From Candidatus Cloacimonadales bacterium (GTDB lineage Bacteria; Cloacimonadota; Cloacimonadia; Cloacimonadales; JAFGVF01), in NCBI GenBank assembly GCA_963677495.2, contig CAXXOU010000004.1, positions 1,120,001 to 1,184,000 on the forward strand: a stretch of DNA of 64,000 nt, read 5' to 3'. Positions 7,742-18,412 of this stretch are shown here, one piece after another. Both the position numbers and the translations under genes were made by a program. The notes below the pieces were generated by a model. The model was not told the DNA's origin. It searched no databases and saw only the letters and a program-made list of their open reading frames with translations. How positions within the stretch are numbered: the first letter of the stretch is position 1; every line of letters starts with the position of its first letter.

Positions 7742-10345
7742 CTATTTCAACACCGTTATCTGTCCTTTACCTATTCTCTCACCATTCTGTTCAAGATTGT
7801 AGAGATACACACCCGATGGCACATGCACACCCCGATTATCAGTAAGATACCAGAAGATAGTATTACGTCCTTGGCGTTGACTTTTAACCTTAATGTATTT
7901 CACCATTTGCCCTTTGATGTTAAACACCTTCAACTCTGCACTTCCAACATCTTTGGCATTGTACTTCAGTATAACATTACCAGTTGAGATTCGCACGGGA
8001 TTAGGATAACAAGCTAATAGCTCATTAGCTTCAGGTGTATCGTTCGTTTCTTCTAATATCGGGGTAGTAGGCTGTATGCAGTCATACTTAATCTCAATAG
8101 CTTCTCCATCGTTTATATACATCCCGACATTATGTCCGTTGAAATCAGGATATGACCAGACAGGATTCATCTCATAGCTATCAATCACACCATCAAGATC
8201 AAGGTCCCAGGCAATTGTATCAATTGGGTCATTGTAATGTGGAGTAAATACAACATCAATTGGGAACACATTCCCCATTGCCTGCATTGTGAAATCAGCC
8301 ACATTCCCTTGCCATTCATAACAACCCAAATCAATTCTATTGTGAACACGTGGATTACCAGCGATATCAGTATCAGGCATTACAAAACCATCGGGAAGAT
8401 TTAAAGTCCCTCTGTCTATTGCGGGAGAACAATCATCTAACATCAGTGCATTTTTCCCATAACCATTGAAGTGGGGTATAGTATCTATATTGGTGGTAGC
8501 ATAATTAACATTTACATTACTCCACTCTTCAGAATATCCGACTTCGTTCTCTCCACCCACAATGAGATTATTCCCAATCTCTACTTCTGCTGCAAACTCC
8601 TGTTGATACCAGTCAACAATTATTGCTCTATTCCCAACTGCTGAAAGGTTCTCTTCAAAGATATTATTATAGATATAAGTATAGTTAGGTATTGTTTCCC
8701 ATGTTGAAGTACCTACCGTAACCATTCCTCTCATTTGATTCCCTAAATGATATCCAGAAAAGGTGTTGTTTACTATGTAACTTCTTAGGAGACCATCTAC
8801 ATAAACGTTAAATACTTCACCTGGTGATTGCTCATATAGTGGTTGAGGGCTCTGAAAAAGATTGTTTACAATTTCAACTTCTGAATAGTTCCACTCGTTC
8901 CCAAAAGCAATTGCTCCAGTTTTCATATTATAGAATTCGCAACCCTCTATTCTAAATGTATAATCAGGGAGATTACCCATTGCGAATAAAATTATTCCTC
9001 TTGAGTTATTCAAATGTTCATTCTCTAAACTACCGAATATGCATGATTTAATGTAGCCATTTGTTCCCCCTAATACCAAACTCCCGTTTTCTTCCTCAGA
9101 GTAGAAGTCTTGTGTTCTGTTGAAATGAATGTTCTCAAATTCAGCATAGGGGAAATAATCATGTTCTCCTATATATGATGCTATACAGATTGTTCTATTT
9201 CTCCAAATATCTTCTCCATAGTAACCATTCAATATGGATAAGTTTTTTATTTGCCCTCTGAAACAATCAGTACCACTTAGAATAAATGAAGTTTCACTCT
9301 CAAGATTAATAATAGTATCTTCCATAGAAGATCCGATCAAATGACAATTGTCCCTTACATCAATTGGGAACCGGTTTCCATTGGCAGAGTGTGAGTATTC
9401 GCCTGGGAGTAGGTGAATTGTTAAGGGGTTGCTTGGGGATGGTTCTATCTTTGCACTTGCTAGCCAGATTGATTTTAAGGGTGTTTCAGGTGTTAATCCA
9501 TCGTTACTGTCATCACCGCTGGGTGATACATATAAATCAGATTGAACTCTATCAATAATGTAGTGATTGGATTGGACTGTGTAGTTCTCTAATTGTTGCC
9601 CAAAATCATCATTGATAGCATTTGCATAATGGTCATAACTATTAATTGAAAGTGTATCTGCATAGATTGGGCTAATTACACCTACAGCCTTTAAGCGAAT
9701 ATCAAATCCTAACATAGCAGTATTATTATAAAAGCTGTTTAAGTTGATTGAATCGAAATTGAACTCTTGCAGATTTGTCATATCATTGAAAGCGAGAATT
9801 CCCCCTCCTATATGTTCTGCTTGATTATGACGTACCGAGTTTCCGGCAAGGTTTATTTCACAGCCTTTTAGCCACAAGGCTCCACCCGAAATTCCTTTGT
9901 TGTTGTAGAAACTACAATCTGTAATATTTGCAACTGAGCGTTTAATGCTTAATCCTCCACTACCAAAATCAGAATCAGGATGGGTTTCCATTGTTAAATG
10001 TCCATTCCTAAAAGTTAGCCCAATAACATTGACTTCACCCCAATAATTTTGGTTTAATGAAGCTAAAAAGGGGTGTGAATGTTCACCATCAAGCACAGTA
10101 TTACCAATATGAGATTCATCACCATCTATGTGAAAAAGACTTGCATAAGTTAGAGGTTTGTTGTAAACAACTATCTCTTCATAATAAATACCCTCATGAA
10201 TCAAGATTGTATCTCCTGAGTTAGCTGCTTCAACCGCAGATACTATTGTTGTGAAGTCACCAGTCCCATCTTGTATAACATTCCAGGTTGTTGAACATAG
10301 AATTATGGGTACTAAACATAGAAAATACAATACAATCTTTTTCAT
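7742..10345 (-). CDS. Large secreted protein: beta-helix/DUF1565-like repeats, PKD-like domain, C-terminal FlgD-Ig/T9SS-type domain
   Basis: Signal peptide; DGTGDFTTI..AV; YVSPSGDDSNDG; SPAIDRG...DIAGNPR...IDLGCYE; WDLDLDG; YPNP...VFNIKGQMV...SGVYLY. Confidence 0.8.
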   Translation of the reverse strand: MKKIVLYFLCLVPIILCSTTWNVIQDGTGDFTTIVSAVEAANSGDTILIHEGIYYEEIVVYNKPLTYASLFHIDGDESHIGNTVLDGEHSHPFLASLNQNYWGEVNVIGLTFRNGHLTMETHPDSDFGSGGLSIKRSVANITDCSFYNNKGISGGALWLKGCEINLAGNSVRHNQAEHIGGGILAFNDMTNLQEFNFDSINLNSFYNNTAMLGFDIRLKAVGVISPIYADTLSINSYDHYANAINDDFGQQLENYTVQSNHYIIDRVQSDLYVSPSGDDSNDGLTPETPLKSIWLASAKIEPSPSNPLTIHLLPGEYSHSANGNRFPIDVRDNCHLIGSSMEDTIINLESETSFILSGTDCFRGQIKNLSILNGYYGEDIWRNRTICIASYIGEHDYFPYAEFENIHFNRTQDFYSEEENGSLVLGGTNGYIKSCIFGSLENEHLNNSRGIILFAMGNLPDYTFRIEGCEFYNMKTGAIAFGNEWNYSEVEIVNNLFQSPQPLYEQSPGEVFNVYVDGLLRSYIVNNTFSGYHLGNQMRGMVTVGTSTWETIPNYTYIYNNIFEENLSAVGNRAIIVDWYQQEFAAEVEIGNNLIVGGENEVGYSEEWSNVNVNYATTNIDTIPHFNGYGKNALMLDDCSPAIDRGTLNLPDGFVMPDTDIAGNPRVHNRIDLGCYEWQGNVADFTMQAMGNVFPIDVVFTPHYNDPIDTIAWDLDLDGVIDSYEMNPVWSYPDFNGHNVGMYINDGEAIEIKYDCIQPTTPILEETNDTPEANELLACYPNPVRISTGNVILKYNAKDVGSAELKVFNIKGQMVKYIKVKSQRQGRNTIFWYLTDNRGVHVPSGVYLYNLEQNGERIGKGQITVLK

Positions 10346-10431
10346 GAGAACTCCTTACAAACACCGGATATGTTATTTGTAATAGCTATATTTTGTTTGT
10401 CAAATGGTTTATTTGATTGCTGTTTCTCTTT

Positions 10432-10883
10432 CGCCCCTACAGGGCTCAATATTTTTGGGGATTCATTACCCCATGCTTGCGCATGGGGCTATTAAACAGT
10501 AGCTCCTTCAGAGCTAAAACCTAATAATCATCTGTACCTTCTGAATGGTCGAAGACCTTCCGAATGGTGCACTTTGTTGTGATACAAGTACCACTCTTAA
10601 AGGAGTTCTTCAGAACGAAGTTTACGAAGTGAAAAAGGACTTCTTTAAGAATCTTGTCAGTTATCAGTTTATAGCTAAATAACGGTTATATTACCATTCC
10701 AAGAAGTCCGTTTTCGCTCGCAAGCTTCACTTCAGTCTTCGCTTAAAAGCTACGCCCTGACAGGCTGACAAACTCTTTAGAAATAACGAATATATCGCAT
10801 ACCCCTTTTCGTGCTATTTGGTGTTTTTCGTGGTTGCTCTCTTCATAGCGTTCTCACCCCACACTTCGTTGCGCTGCAAGTCC
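10432..10883. repeat. Mosaic of palindromic repeat modules
   Basis: Triple-hairpin REP 10432-10515; ACCTT family 10536-10568; inverted GAAGTCC..AACTC pair 10596-10649 and 10701-10780; inverted GGACTTGC module 10848-10883. Confidence 0.75.
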
Positions 10884-10916
10884 TACTTATAAGAATAATA
10901 GTTGCCGATAAGCGAG

Positions 10917-10948
10917 AAAAAGCCTAACCGTTTCCGGTCAGGCTTTTT
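10917..10948. terminator. Bidirectional intrinsic terminator
   Basis: AAAAAGCCTAACCG-TTTC-CGGTCAGGCTTTTT just past the stop at 10968. Confidence 0.75.
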
Positions 10949-10967
10949 AATCAATCAAAATTACATC

Positions 10968-12575
10968 CTAGTTTTTGCTAGTAATTCTTATATAATTCTC
11001 AACTTCTTTGATACTATTTTTTATGCTATCTTCACGCATTGGATCTGCATTCTTGAGAGCATCATTATAATAGTTTTTAGATTGGGTGAAAAGAGATACT
11101 GTTTTCTTTTGGGCATTATCTTTCTGAACCTTAAGGTCATCAGCTTTCTTACCAACTGCATCTGCAAACTCTAATTCAAGGTCTGTGAACTTGTTATATT
11201 CATTAGTACCTTTTTGGAAATAGATTTGTGCAAGAATCATATATGGAGCAACGTTACTTGCATTCATCTCAATTGCTTTGTTTGCTGAAGCTTCAGCCTT
11301 TTTAAGCTCATTAATAGTATTGTAAGTATGAGCAAAAGTGATATAGAGCAATTCATTAGAAGAATCAAGGGCTTCAAGTCTTTCAAGAATCTCTACAGCT
11401 TTCGCATAAAGAGCTTTTGTTTGTTCATCATCTGTAGATTCATCTGCTGCAGAAAGGTATGCCTTATTAAGTCTATAGTACAAGTCATAGTTATTTGGTT
11501 CTGTTTTCAGGACTTCTTCCTGATGTTCAATTGACTTAAGCAAATTGCCAGTTTCTCTATAAGCTCTACCCAGGTTCTTAGCAAGAAGTTCATCTTCCGG
11601 ATGAGCCATAGAAGCAACTTCAAGATATGGAAGTGCACTTTCATAATCATCTTCGCTAACATAGATAAGTCCTAAAAGGAAGTTAGATTGACTATGAGAA
11701 TTATCAAGCTCTATAGCTTTATGCAATGCTTCTTTAGCTGATTCAGCATTGTTAGCTGATTTGTACATATTACCAATATAGTACCATAAAGAGGCATTAC
11801 TGTTTTTTTCAGCAATCGGACCAAGAATAGCAGCAGCATCATCGTAACGCTCAAGCTGTCTTAATGAACCGGCAAGAAGTTTAGCAATAGGTTCATCATT
11901 GGGTTCTAGTTCATGTCCTTTACGAGCCCATTCTTCGCACTTAACATAATCTTTTTGTTCGAAAGCAATCTGACTGAGGTAGAAGATTACTTCATAATTT
12001 TTAGGAGCTTTTTTGTGGAGGTCTTCGAAATTGTTTTTAGCTAAATCAAGTTTACCGGCTTCATAGTTCTGTTTAGCAATATCAAGAGCTTTCACACTCT
12101 CTGTTTCAAAGAATTCTTTGATCTTTGGTATCAGGTCAGAGTTAATCAAAACTCTACGATCCTTACTAACCTTAGTCACTTTTAAAGGAATTGATTTGAT
12201 GCTTTGGGATACAACATTATAAGCTTTACTACTTAGGGCAAAATCTGAACCGGTTGATGTAATTGTCCCAGTAAGAACAATGTCGGCACCTAATTGCTGA
12301 CCAAGCCCGATAATAATTGATTTATCGAGTTCATAGATTTTCTTTTTACCAATAGCTTTCTTAGTAGCTTTTGCTACTTGTTTCTGATTAATAAGATTAA
12401 ATCCTTCATCTGCACCGAAAGTTTTCTTGATATCAATCTTTTCAAACTGAGTCTTAAGTGTTTTGCATTTACTATCCATAGTTTCATATGGTAAAATAGC
12501 AATGTTAATTTGTGCTAAGAGCGTAGCAGAAACAACTACCAGACTTATTATTAGAAGTATAATCTTCTTTTCCAT
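10968..12575 (-). CDS. Secreted tetratricopeptide-repeat protein
   Basis: SD GGAGG and signal peptide from ATG 12575; N-terminal CsgG/TolB-like segment (IAILPYE...LGADIVLTG) then many TPRs. Confidence 0.85.
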   Translation of the reverse strand: MEKKIILLIISLVVVSATLLAQINIAILPYETMDSKCKTLKTQFEKIDIKKTFGADEGFNLINQKQVAKATKKAIGKKKIYELDKSIIIGLGQQLGADIVLTGTITSTGSDFALSSKAYNVVSQSIKSIPLKVTKVSKDRRVLINSDLIPKIKEFFETESVKALDIAKQNYEAGKLDLAKNNFEDLHKKAPKNYEVIFYLSQIAFEQKDYVKCEEWARKGHELEPNDEPIAKLLAGSLRQLERYDDAAAILGPIAEKNSNASLWYYIGNMYKSANNAESAKEALHKAIELDNSHSQSNFLLGLIYVSEDDYESALPYLEVASMAHPEDELLAKNLGRAYRETGNLLKSIEHQEEVLKTEPNNYDLYYRLNKAYLSAADESTDDEQTKALYAKAVEILERLEALDSSNELLYITFAHTYNTINELKKAEASANKAIEMNASNVAPYMILAQIYFQKGTNEYNKFTDLELEFADAVGKKADDLKVQKDNAQKKTVSLFTQSKNYYNDALKNADPMREDSIKNSIKEVENYIRITSKN

Positions 12576-12637
12576 TATTCCTCCATATATTATCTTTATG
12601 ACCTTTATTCTCAAGTCGGTTCTATATTGCAAGTTTT

Positions 12638-13588
12638 TTATCTAAACTTTGGTAATCTTATACGTTTTGTTCCATACTCTAATCGGAAAAAGCCATCAAG
12701 CTCAGCACCCATAGCTGCTTTAAAACGAGAAATGCTAGGATGATTTCCTCCGCATAAATCATATTTTGAATACTCTTTTCGATACTTCATAACAGTATCA
12801 TAATGCAATAACAGGGTTACTCCACTATTTAAGTAATCTTTGTTGGTTCCATTCTCCCATGCATAGAGAACTTTATGCTGTTTATCATTAAGAATTAATA
12901 ATGATGAGACTGTTTCATCATTGACACATGCATTTCTCTGAAGTAACAATCCATCCATATGCAGGCGCATCAAGAGCTTTAGATGTGCATCGTCTGCAAT
13001 TGGGAAAGCTCTGCCTTGTCGTTGATTTGTCTGCTTTAATAGCTCTAAAAAACTCTCAGGATTGAAATCTTCATTTATATCAAATCCTCTTTGTTTTGCT
13101 TTACGCAATGAAGTGCCCTCTTTGGGGAAAAGGTTCGGAACAAAGTCAGGGTGTAATTCAAATCCAAAAGTATACAGTGGTTTCGCAGTGAAACCATTCT
13201 TCAGAAAACTTCTTATATCCTTGATATCAGATGATAAGTTCAAAGATATTACATCAAGACTGTTAGCAAAATGTTTTGCTATCAATCCTGTTATTTCTAG
13301 TTTGTACAGAAGGTTCCTATTGGGCCTTTTCTGTTCAGGTAAGAACCAGCAGATTGGATTATAGTAAGATAAAATTGGTGTTACAGCTTTCTTTAATCCA
13401 TATTTCTTCTTGATAAATATTGGCATAACTGCCCAAATTTCTTCTGCATTGAACGCTACAAAATACTCAACACTAATATTATGCAGTTCGCAGATTGCTA
13501 TAGCAAACTTCCGGCTTGCGAACAAGGATAATTCTATCTCATCAAGTTCATAACTATCCGACGGTAATATTTTATAAGTTAATGCCAT
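12638..13588 (-). CDS. GNAT/FemAB-like acyltransferase
   Basis: SLRKAKQRG; C-terminal YDLCGGNHPSISRFKAAMGA typical of the Acetyltransf_6/FemAB fold. Confidence 0.75.
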   Translation of the reverse strand: MALTYKILPSDSYELDEIELSLFASRKFAIAICELHNISVEYFVAFNAEEIWAVMPIFIKKKYGLKKAVTPILSYYNPICWFLPEQKRPNRNLLYKLEITGLIAKHFANSLDVISLNLSSDIKDIRSFLKNGFTAKPLYTFGFELHPDFVPNLFPKEGTSLRKAKQRGFDINEDFNPESFLELLKQTNQRQGRAFPIADDAHLKLLMRLHMDGLLLQRNACVNDETVSSLLILNDKQHKVLYAWENGTNKDYLNSGVTLLLHYDTVMKYRKEYSKYDLCGGNHPSISRFKAAMGAELDGFFRLEYGTKRIRLPKFR

Positions 13589-13589
13589 A

Positions 13590-13958
13590 TCAGATTAGAG
13601 ATTTGATGAGTGTTGCAATTTCATTAAACCTGAATGGTTTGATAATATAATCAACATCATCAGCAAAGAGTGCAGCATAAGCTGAATCTGCAAAAGGATA
13701 TCCGGTCATAATAATAATCTTTTGGTCAGGATTATTCTCTTTAATAGTTTCCATTAATTCAATCCCATCCATTCCGGGCATCACTCTATCAATAATCAAC
13801 AATTTATGAATGCTACTATCATACTTCTCTAACGCTTCGTTTGCATCTTCTGCTTGCACACACGCATACCCAATACCTTCTAGAAACTCTTGTAAAACAT
13901 CACGTAACATCTTATCATCATCAACAATCAGTATCTTCTGTTCCATGGCATACTCCAT
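13590..13958 (-). CDS. Single-domain response regulator receiver
   Basis: ILIVDDD, D..MPGMDG, IMTG and YIIKPF; alternative start at 13946 after GGAG. Confidence 0.9.
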   Translation of the reverse strand: MEYAMEQKILIVDDDKMLRDVLQEFLEGIGYACVQAEDANEALEKYDSSIHKLLIIDRVMPGMDGIELMETIKENNPDQKIIIMTGYPFADSAYAALFADDVDYIIKPFRFNEIATLIKSLI

Positions 13959-13959
13959 T

Positions 13960-14757
13960 TTATATCAAAGTTTCAATAGTTAGTACTACATAAAGTATAG
14001 ATATTGAAATTAAAAAACTATCAAACCTATCTAATACTCCTCCGTGACCGGGGATTAGATTTGAGCTATCTTTAACACCCATATCCCTTTTTATAAGTGA
14101 TTCCATTAAATCCCCGGCTTGCCCTGCGATTCCTGTTGATATACCTGCAGAGACAAGCTGCGTCATTGTGAACATGTTTGGGAAGATGAAATATGTTGCA
14201 ATAGCTGCAATTACTGCAAAAACTAACCCAGCAACAAAACCTTCCACGGATTTTTGGGGACTAACAGGAAATATCCCTCTATGTTTACCAAGTGTCATCC
14301 CGATAAAATAGGCAAATGAATCAGTTATCCAGGTAAGAATTATAATTAAAATAAGTAAGTAATTTCCATTAGAGAACTTGCCAAGTGTTATAATACTTGA
14401 AGGAAGTACACCTGCATAAAATACAGTAAACAATGAGATAGCAATACTTATAATACTACCTTCTATATCATTTCGCAATAATCTGTTTATAAACAGAATA
14501 CAAAGGAATGGGAATAATGATATTGGTGCAAAGCTCCACCCATACAGTGAAATAGTTAGAAACGTTATAACAGAAAATGGCACTGTTAAAACATTAGGAT
14601 TTAATCCCTTTTGCTTAAACATCTTAAACATTTCTAAACTAATAAGTGCTGATAATAAAGAACCAAAGATGAGTAAGGGAGTACCATTCAGGTAAAATAC
14701 ATATAAAAGAAGAGGAATACCTATTAGTGCTACACTAATCCGTTTTAGTAAATTCAT
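13960..14757 (-). CDS. cdsA: Phosphatidate cytidylyltransferase
   Basis: SPQKSVEG, GDLMESLIKR and KDSSNLIPGHGGVLDRFDS; follows uppS. Confidence 0.95.
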   Translation of the reverse strand: MNLLKRISVALIGIPLLLYVFYLNGTPLLIFGSLLSALISLEMFKMFKQKGLNPNVLTVPFSVITFLTISLYGWSFAPISLFPFLCILFINRLLRNDIEGSIISIAISLFTVFYAGVLPSSIITLGKFSNGNYLLILIIILTWITDSFAYFIGMTLGKHRGIFPVSPQKSVEGFVAGLVFAVIAAIATYFIFPNMFTMTQLVSAGISTGIAGQAGDLMESLIKRDMGVKDSSNLIPGHGGVLDRFDSFLISISILYVVLTIETLI

Positions 14758-15491
14758 TAAAGTGCTCCAAATCGTCTGTTCCGGTTCTGATAATCAATTA
14801 TTGCTTGGACCATGTCTGTTCTTGTGAATTCAGGCCATAACTTATCAGTAAACCAAAATTCAGTATATGCAGATTGCCAAACAAGGAAATTCGATAGTCT
14901 CAGTTCGCCACTTGTTCTAATCAATAAATCAGGATCTGGCATCTCGAAAGTATATAAGTTATCATTAATTGTATCTAAACTTATGTCATTAGGATTTATT
15001 TTACCGTCAGAAGCCTTTTTTGCTATCTTCTTCACTGCTTGCAGAATGTCTTGTCTTCCCCCATAATTAAAAGCTATTCTAAACTGTAAGCCATCATTAT
15101 TCCAAGTAGTTGACAATGTCTTATTAATGTTATCAAGATAGTCTTGGTCTAGTCCCTCTTCCCCACCAACAAGTTTAACACAAACATTGTTATCATTGAT
15201 TTCATCAATCTCTTTATTCATAAACTCCACAAGGAGGTTAAGCAGACCCTTTACTTCAGCTTCAGGTCGATTCCAATTCTCTGAAGAGAAAGCGTAGACA
15301 GTAAGGTATTTCAAACCAATCTCAACACCACATTCAATAATCTCTCTAACAGCTTTCGCACCTGCTCTATGACCAAAAAGTCTATTCTTTAATCTTTTCT
15401 TTGCCCAACGGCCATTCCCATCCATGATTATCGCTACATGATTTGGTAAGTTCTCTTGATTCAATTGTGTTAATAGTTTTTTATATTCCAT
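14757..15491 (-). CDS. uppS: Undecaprenyl diphosphate synthase
   Basis: HVAIIMDGNGRWA, FSSENWNRP and RTSGELRLSNF. Confidence 0.96.
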   Translation of the reverse strand: MEYKKLLTQLNQENLPNHVAIIMDGNGRWAKKRLKNRLFGHRAGAKAVREIIECGVEIGLKYLTVYAFSSENWNRPEAEVKGLLNLLVEFMNKEIDEINDNNVCVKLVGGEEGLDQDYLDNINKTLSTTWNNDGLQFRIAFNYGGRQDILQAVKKIAKKASDGKINPNDISLDTINDNLYTFEMPDPDLLIRTSGELRLSNFLVWQSAYTEFWFTDKLWPEFTRTDMVQAIIDYQNRNRRFGAL

Positions 15492-15499
15492 GTTTTTAC

Positions 15500-16604
15500 C
15501 TAGTGCTTAGCATTTGCTTTCAAAAAAGCAACTATGAATTGATTAAGATCTCCATCCATTACTTTATCAGTCGAACCTGTTTCACAGTTAGTTCTATGGT
15601 CTTTTACCATTTGGTATGGTTGAAAAACGTAGGATCTAATTTGGTTACCCCAACCGATCTCGCTCTTTGTACTTTCTAATGCATCACGTTCTTTTTGTCT
15701 TTGCTCCTCATAGTGTTGATAGAGCCTTGATTTCAGAATCTGCATAGCTTTATCTTTATTCTTAAGTTGAGAGCGCTCATTTTGGCAACTAACCACAATG
15801 TTCGTTGGTAAGTGTGTTATGCGTACAGCAGAATCAGTAGTGTTCACACTTTGTCCACCGGCTCCACTTGAACGATATGTATCAATTTTAATGTCCTTTG
15901 GTTCTATATCAATTTCGATATCATCATCTATCTCAGGATAAACATATACAGATGAAAATGAAGTTTGCCTTTTTCCCTGAGCATTGAATGGAGAGATTCT
16001 TACTAATCGGTGAATTCCTATTTCTGCCTTTAAGTATCCATAGGCATGTTCGCCGTTTATCTCAATTGTTACATTTTTGATTCCTGCTTCATCTCCAGCA
16101 AGATAGTCAATAACAGTAGTCTTAAATCCATTTTGTTCGGCATAACGGGTATACATACGGTATAGCATATCTGCCCAATCTTGTGATTCTGTCCCGCCGG
16201 CACCGGGATGGATATTCAAAATTGCATTACAATGGTCAAATTTACCATTCAACAGAAACTCAGTTTCTGCTTTATCTATGACTGTAAGGTATTCATTTAA
16301 AGCTATCGCTGCATCGTTGAGCAAATCGTCACTAAACTCATCTTCAAGCATAATTTGATATGTCTGAAGATCATCAACAATAGATGTCAGGTTCTTCTCT
16401 TTTTCAAGCTTACTCCTAACAATACTAATCTCTTTGGTTATCTTCTGTGCACGTTTATTGTTATTCCAGAACTCAGGGTCACTCATCTCATTCTCAAGCG
16501 TTGTAAGTTCTTCGGTCAAAGCTACCGTGTCAAAGTAACCTCCTGATATCATTGACTCTATCTATTGTAGTTTCAGCTTCCTTTTTGAATTCAAACAGTT
16601 CCAT
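15500..16604 (-). CDS. prfB: Peptide chain release factor 2 with programmed +1 frameshift
   Basis: SPF and GGQ motifs; ATG 16604 after AAGGAG; 24 codons then CTT-TGA-C with internal SD AGGAGG. Confidence 0.96.
16529..16544 (-). promoter_or_regulatory. prfB frameshift cassette AGGAGG-TTA-CTTTGAC
   Basis: Internal SD 3 nt before the shifty CTT TGA C. Confidence 0.93.
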
Positions 16605-16613
16605 TAATTCTCC

Positions 16614-17768
16614 TTAATACTTCCATGGTACAAGATAGTCTTTTATCTCTTCATTGAAGTATCTATCAGTCATTGTTGCAATAAAGTCTCGCACTTTCTC
16701 AACATCAGTGAATCTGTCAAGATAACGCTTATCCTTATGTACAAGGAAATGCTGATAAATCTTAGATTCAGTATTTCCGTTACTAATATCATCTAAATAT
16801 TTGTCAAAGAGAATATTCATTGTTCTTTCAATCATTGTGTTTGCTTTTTTAACAAGTGGATTCTTATAGATATGCTTGTAATTGAAGTGTTTTAAATCCA
16901 GCAAATACTTGGATGTCTTTTCATCAAACGCAATGTATTCCTGCCCAAAACTGTTCATAATCACACTCTCTACCAAAGTATTAATTATACGACTATTAGT
17001 ACTGCCTAAGTAATCCGTTACTTCTTTTGGAAGTGCTTCCCTTGAGAGGAGATTGCATCTGATCGCATCTTCGATATCCTGTCCTATATAGGCAATTGTA
17101 TCTGCAATTCTAACTGTACAGCCTTCCATTGTTGCTGGCATCCAACTTGCATTCTTGTTATCATGTTTCTTCTTAATATATTCTTCGATATCAGTTTCTG
17201 TTTTATCAAACTGTGGAATCAATTGAGTATTATGTACTTCACCATCATGTGAAATAATGCCATCTCTTACCTGAAATGTAAGGTTTAAACCTTTACCTTT
17301 ACGTGAGATGTTATCTACAATGTGAAGACTTTCAACGTTGTGATGAAATGCTCCAATTCCTTTTTTACGACAGATTTTGCTTAATGCACGTTCTCCATCA
17401 TGCCCAAACGGACAATGCCCAAGGTCGTGCCCTAAAGCGATTGCTTCGATTAGATCTAAATTTAATCCTAACACTCTACCTATAGTTCTTGAAATTTGTG
17501 ATACATAGGTAGTATGAAGATTTCTATTTGTCATCTCTTCATCAATCATATTAGTAAATGAAAATACTTGTGTTTTCCCATGATATCTTCGATAAGCACC
17601 ACTATATAATATTCTATCTCTATCAACTGCAAAAGGAGATCTGAATTCATCTCGTTTCAACTCTTCTCTTCTATGAGCTTGGTCGCTTCTGCAAGCATAT
17701 GGTGAAAGAGTATTATTATTTCTTTCAGCTATTGTATTCTTTATCTCTTCAAGTTTCTTATTATACAT
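16614..17768 (-). CDS. dgt: HD-domain dNTP triphosphohydrolase (dGTPase-like)
   Basis: DRDRILYS..YRR...KTQVF and ALGHDLGHCPFGHDGE. Confidence 0.85.
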   Translation of the reverse strand: MYNKKLEEIKNTIAERNNNTLSPYACRSDQAHRREELKRDEFRSPFAVDRDRILYSGAYRRYHGKTQVFSFTNMIDEEMTNRNLHTTYVSQISRTIGRVLGLNLDLIEAIALGHDLGHCPFGHDGERALSKICRKKGIGAFHHNVESLHIVDNISRKGKGLNLTFQVRDGIISHDGEVHNTQLIPQFDKTETDIEEYIKKKHDNKNASWMPATMEGCTVRIADTIAYIGQDIEDAIRCNLLSREALPKEVTDYLGSTNSRIINTLVESVIMNSFGQEYIAFDEKTSKYLLDLKHFNYKHIYKNPLVKKANTMIERTMNILFDKYLDDISNGNTESKIYQHFLVHKDKRYLDRFTDVEKVRDFIATMTDRYFNEEIKDYLVPWKY

Positions 17769-17776
17769 ACTTTCCT

Positions 17777-18412
17777 CTAAATCTTCTTATAATGCATAAA
17801 ATAAGGCTCATTGCCAATATCGGCATTTACTTTCTCAAAATAAGTTTCGATATGTTCATCTTTGTAGGGAGATACTCTAGTAAAACCATCTGTGTACAAA
17901 GATTCAAAATCTTTCCGTTGAGCAAACTCATCTACAATCCACATTGCATAATCAGCATGATCAGTTGATAGTTCTACCGTTCCTCCCGGTTTGAGTATCT
18001 TGTATAGCGAATCTATGAAATCCTGTTGAATCAAACGATGCTTATGATGCCTTCTTTTAGGCCAAGGATCGGGATGCTGTATATAAATAACATCCAACGA
18101 CTCGGCAGGTATAATTTCTGTAACCTTTGCATCAACAAAGAGCTTCATGATACGCACATTACTGTGATTCTCTTCATCTATCTTCTTCAGTATCATGAGC
18201 ACCCTTTTCATCTTCAATTCAATTCCAAGGAAGTTTATGTTCGGTCTTTTGGGTGGCAAAGCATGGATAAACTCACCTTTACCACATCCAATCTCGAGAT
18301 GTACGGGGTTCTCATTTCCGAATATCTTTTTATAATCTAATAAACTTTCTGCTTCAAGCAGAAAATATTCTTTCTTAGGGGTTATATCTACAGGTAAATT
18401 TACTTTTCTCAT
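17777..18412 (-). CDS. trmB: tRNA (guanine-N7)-methyltransferase
   Basis: LEIGCGKG, PDPWPKRRHHKHRL and TYFE. Confidence 0.94.
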   Translation of the reverse strand: MRKVNLPVDITPKKEYFLLEAESLLDYKKIFGNENPVHLEIGCGKGEFIHALPPKRPNINFLGIELKMKRVLMILKKIDEENHSNVRIMKLFVDAKVTEIIPAESLDVIYIQHPDPWPKRRHHKHRLIQQDFIDSLYKILKPGGTVELSTDHADYAMWIVDEFAQRKDFESLYTDGFTRVSPYKDEHIETYFEKVNADIGNEPYFMHYKKI

